64,000 bases of DNA, from contig CAVTBV010000014.1 of assembly GCA_963733095.1 (NCBI GenBank), positions 32,001 through 96,000 of the forward strand. Direction: 5' to 3'. This document shows, piece after piece, positions 60,676 to 64,000 of the stretch (the first letter of the stretch is position 1; every line of letters starts with the position of its first letter). The position numbers were made by a program, and so were the translations under genes. The notes beneath the pieces are model-generated. The model did no database searches. It was given only the letters and a program-made list of their open reading frames with translations, and had not been told where the DNA came from. The stretch comes from Candidatus Bathyarchaeota archaeon. Its GTDB lineage: Archaea > Thermoproteota > Bathyarchaeia > Bathyarchaeales > Bathycorpusculaceae.

Positions 60676-62256
60676 TTATGTATCATGGTTAACTATGCAA
60701 TGTGCATCCAGTTCTTTCCCGAATGCTTCAAAGAATGCTTGTCGGTTCTGGATAATGCTCCACTCTTCCAAGCTGCAATCTGAATCGGAATAAAACGAGA
60801 GCAACACCTGATCTTTGCTCATCTTAACAAATTCAGCCTTCTTCACAAGGCAACAGTGACTTCGATCAAGCTTTTCTGCAAAACGAAGAAAGGTGGAAAG
60901 AACCGCGATTGTATGGTTAGTTTTCTCGTCCAATCCCGTATTTTTCAAAGCCTTCTTCGATGGCAGTTTTTTGCGGTGAAAACGAGCTATGTTGGCCATT
61001 ATTTGAACTTCCTTTTTGTCAAAACCTAAGAGTTCAGCGTTGCTGATGATATAGTGGGAGTGAAGTTGGTGGTTGTTAAACGAGAGAAAATCTCCAACAT
61101 CATGCAAAGTTGCAGCATGCGTCAAAAGTTCTTTTTCGGTTTCTCCAAGGTTGTGAAGCCCGATTTGTTTTGCACTTTCAAAAAGTTGCAGGGCCAAAGA
61201 AGCCACTGTTTCGGAATGTTTCTCGTCAAAGTTGCATGACCTGCCTAAATGCAGAATGCTCCTACTCCTTGTGGGTGCTTTCTGCAGTTCTCGAAAGCCC
61301 TCAAAATTAGACAGATATTCTGAGAGCAATCCATCGCGGAGTTCTCGGTGGCTGATACGGATTTCTTCTATGCCGAATTGTTCCATGATTGCCTCGATTA
61401 TAGCTGCTCCAGCTATTATGATGTCTGCGCGGTCTGGATTGATAGCTGGTACTTTTTTCCTTTCCGCAAGAGGCAGCCAGCAAAGAACCGTCGCAAGCTT
61501 TTTGAGGTTTTTCCTGGTTAACATTAATTCGTTGTTGGGGTTGTTTTTCTTGAACAGTTTGTTTGAGACCTCTGCCAAGTTTATCATGGTGCCTGATGAG
61601 CCCCATGCTAACCTAACGCCGTACTCTAAAACTCTGGGTTTAACCACTTTTATCTTAGTGCAAGCGTAGTGCTTTATTTTCTTGTAGGTTTCAGTTTTTA
61701 TGGGTCCAGTCCAGCCTTCGCCAATAAACTTTGACGTTAGCCGGATTGCTCCCAACCTCAGACTGTTCAAATAGAAGCTTTCATGTTGGTTTCCGATGGC
61801 AATTTCTGTGCTGCCACCGCCTAAATCGATGAAAATGGCTTTTTGGTCGCCAATATCTATACCGCTGGAGACACCTAACCAAATGAGTCGCGCTTCTTCC
61901 TCCCCTGAAATAACATTAACGTTGAGCCCTGTTTTGTCATGGAGGTTTTGCAGAAACTCACATTGGTTTTCGGCTTCTCGAATTGCCGAGGTACCGACTG
62001 ATATTATTTCTGAGGCACCATATGTTTTGGCTAGGTTAGCAAATTTTCCACAGACAAATATTGCGCGCTCCATTGCTTGGGGTTTAAGTATGTTATCTTT
62101 GAATTCATCTTCCCCTAACCTGACGACTTCTTTTTCTTGACTGATGATGGTGTATGAGAAATTTGGGTTTATCCTCACCACTAAAAGACGAACTGCGTTG
62201 GTTCCGATGTCCACGAACCCGACTACATGTCCAGCGGTTTTAACGACTGCTTCCAT
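60676..62256 (-). CDS. ppx: Exopolyphosphatase Ppx/GppA with C-terminal HD domain
   Basis: DIGTNAVRL, TSAIREA, GEEEARL, DLGGGSTE, RADII, LHDVG. Confidence 0.94.
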   Translation of the reverse strand: MEAVVKTAGHVVGFVDIGTNAVRLLVVRINPNFSYTIISQEKEVVRLGEDEFKDNILKPQAMERAIFVCGKFANLAKTYGASEIISVGTSAIREAENQCEFLQNLHDKTGLNVNVISGEEEARLIWLGVSSGIDIGDQKAIFIDLGGGSTEIAIGNQHESFYLNSLRLGAIRLTSKFIGEGWTGPIKTETYKKIKHYACTKIKVVKPRVLEYGVRLAWGSSGTMINLAEVSNKLFKKNNPNNELMLTRKNLKKLATVLCWLPLAERKKVPAINPDRADIIIAGAAIIEAIMEQFGIEEIRISHRELRDGLLSEYLSNFEGFRELQKAPTRSRSILHLGRSCNFDEKHSETVASLALQLFESAKQIGLHNLGETEKELLTHAATLHDVGDFLSFNNHQLHSHYIISNAELLGFDKKEVQIMANIARFHRKKLPSKKALKNTGLDEKTNHTIAVLSTFLRFAEKLDRSHCCLVKKAEFVKMSKDQVLLSFYSDSDCSLEEWSIIQNRQAFFEAFGKELDAHCIVNHDT

Positions 62257-64000
62257 ATCAGCACCATTCTTTTAGCGAAGACCTTTTCAAACAAATCCTT
62301 CTTCTTATTAAAAGCCTGCTCTTCGAGCATGGATCTTGTTTTGGAAACGCATTCAACAGTAATTCTCTTAGTGCTCACTTTCACATTTAGGGCTTCTGCT
62401 ATTGCCTGATGTGTATAATCTAAGGCGTCCGCAACGCGGAGCAGACTCGACAACATCTTTACTTTTTGGACAGTTAACCGATCCAAAGTCGAAAGGTTGT
62501 AGTTGTCTAGTTCGGGCAACGCTTTGCGGTGGTACCTCGCAACACTTGCAATTATCCGCCTTTCCAGTGAAGTGAAGGGCAGCTTCGTTTCGTTAAGGAT
62601 AAGTTTGGCTGACCTTTTGTGGTGGCTGCTCCTGGATCTTACCAAGCCAATATCGTGCAGAATTGCCGCGCATTCAAGCCAGCACCGTTCACGCATCCCC
62701 AAGTTATGTACCTTAATTAAACCGTCAAATAATGATAAAGTAAGTTTACTAACATGGCTGTAATGCTCAGTGTCGGGCCAATACTTTTTTGAAATTTCAT
62801 CCGAAACCTGTACCATTTTGTCGCAGTCTTGAACCATCAAGTCTTCTTTGGCTTGATCCTCTTTGATAATAGTATCCAAAGATACTCCGCGAAGTAGCAT
62901 CTGAGAGAAACTTTCAGGCAAACCCTTCCGTCTTAGGGCTTCAGCTGCGCCCTCAACGTCGTAATCCAACCGAATTAACTCAACTTTAAACGGGTTAAAA
63001 CTTAAAATCGCATAAGCCGCCTGAGGGTTTCCATCGCCGGGTCTACCTACACTTCCAGGGTTCACAAACCAAACTCCTTTTGCCCGTTTGCGGAACTGTT
63101 CATGAGAATGCCCCATGATGACCACGTCTGCTTTAGCAGTGTCTGCCAGAGGTTTCAGACGTTCAATCGGAGTGTCACGGTAAATGTGCTCTTCAATCGA
63201 CTCGGGACTCCCGTGTGTAACAAGCAGTTTTTTGCCTGCCGCTTCAAGCCGAAGTTCACGCGGCAAAGAAAAAAGGTAACATTTGCAGGACCTCTCCAGC
63301 TCTTTTCTCGCAAATTTCAAGGCAAGGTTTTTTTCGCCTTTAGCCCCTGCTTTGCCCTCTACAACATCCAGGTCGTAATTTCCCAATATGCTTAACACGT
63401 TTTTCTCGCACAACAACTCCACAACTTCGTTTGGGCAAGGACCAAAACCTATCGAGTCCCCAGCATTAACAAAAGCGTTGACTCCCCGTGCTTCAGCATC
63501 GACAATAACTGTTTCTAAAGCATTCAGATTAGCATGAACATCTGACAAAACCGCGATTTTCAAATCTGGGTCTACGAGAACCTGTTTTATTTTTTCTTCA
63601 TCTTTCGCCGCGGATTCTGCATTTATTGTTTTGATGAGCTGAACAAAAAAGCCGGTCTGTTTGTTTTCTTCCCAAAAACGAACGAATTCTTCATAGTTTT
63701 CTTTTCTTTTTCCTTTCACAAAGCTCAGGAAATTTGAGAGCGCTTGCTCTATTTTTGCGGTATTGGCTGGTTTCTTCTGTTTCGATTTTGTTTTGACGAT
63801 TGTTTCTTGCAGGAATTTAGGGATATATTCGATCCAGACGTCGCAATCATGTATTTCGCCCAGAATATCCTGAAACGTCTTAATTGTTTCTATTTCCTCT
63901 CCAAGCTTGTTCGGGTAGAGTGACGCAAACGATTCCATGGTGTAACGGAGTTTCTTCGCGCATATTCTCATTTCATGATGTTTTAAAATTTCATTTTCCG
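62223..64000 (-). CDS. CHAD + metallophosphoesterase + HD fusion protein (5' end outside window)
   Basis: H.MRICAKKLRY..E and QDILGEIHD (CHAD); SDVHAN, GD, GNYD, HGSP, GHSH, NPGSVG (phosphoesterase); LHDIG, ARYH, DALD (HD). Confidence 0.9.
   Translation of the reverse strand, partial: ENEILKHHEMRICAKKLRYTMESFASLYPNKLGEEIETIKTFQDILGEIHDCDVWIEYIPKFLQETIVKTKSKQKKPANTAKIEQALSNFLSFVKGKRKENYEEFVRFWEENKQTGFFVQLIKTINAESAAKDEEKIKQVLVDPDLKIAVLSDVHANLNALETVIVDAEARGVNAFVNAGDSIGFGPCPNEVVELLCEKNVLSILGNYDLDVVEGKAGAKGEKNLALKFARKELERSCKCYLFSLPRELRLEAAGKKLLVTHGSPESIEEHIYRDTPIERLKPLADTAKADVVIMGHSHEQFRKRAKGVWFVNPGSVGRPGDGNPQAAYAILSFNPFKVELIRLDYDVEGAAEALRRKGLPESFSQMLLRGVSLDTIIKEDQAKEDLMVQDCDKMVQVSDEISKKYWPDTEHYSHVSKLTLSLFDGLIKVHNLGMRERCWLECAAILHDIGLVRSRSSHHKRSAKLILNETKLPFTSLERRIIASVARYHRKALPELDNYNLSTLDRLTVQKVKMLSSLLRVADALDYTHQAIAEALNVKVSTKRITVECVSKTRSMLEEQAFNKKKDLFEKVFAKRMVLIWKQSLKPLDM

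Noticed and set aside
1-64000. CRISPR array, cas genes, integrase or transposase
   Set aside because: No regularly spaced repeats and no recognisable motifs in any ORF

Overview
Archaeal chromosomal window. Gene content (Spt5-uL11-uL1-uL10, TBP, SmAP-eL37, a Cren7-like zinc-ribbon protein, an intron-containing tRNA-Arg, frequent TTG/GTG starts) is most consistent with Bathyarchaeia; this is inferred from protein recognition, not from a database search. It is mostly housekeeping genes (translation, tRNA modification, nucleotide and amino-acid metabolism) plus a phosphate/polyphosphate cluster at the right end (AbrB-PhoU regulator, pstSCAB-phoU, ppk2, ppx, CHAD-phosphoesterase-HD fusion). No CRISPR array, integrase or transposase is recognisable. 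Main items for follow-up: (1) an isolated two-gene contractile-injection-system module (gp19-type tube plus tube-initiator-like protein) with no sheath, baseplate or spike in the window; (2) three intergenic long hairpins, two of which share an apical TTTTGCATTTT loop, a candidate small-RNA family; (3) a lysine 2,3-aminomutase joined to an EctA-type (not AblB-type) acetyltransferase across a slippery A7 run and ATAG overlap; (4) a CdrS-like regulator followed by a short ORF where ftsZ would be expected; (5) motifs shared by two long intergenic regions; (6) several unannotated small ORFs and pseudogenes.
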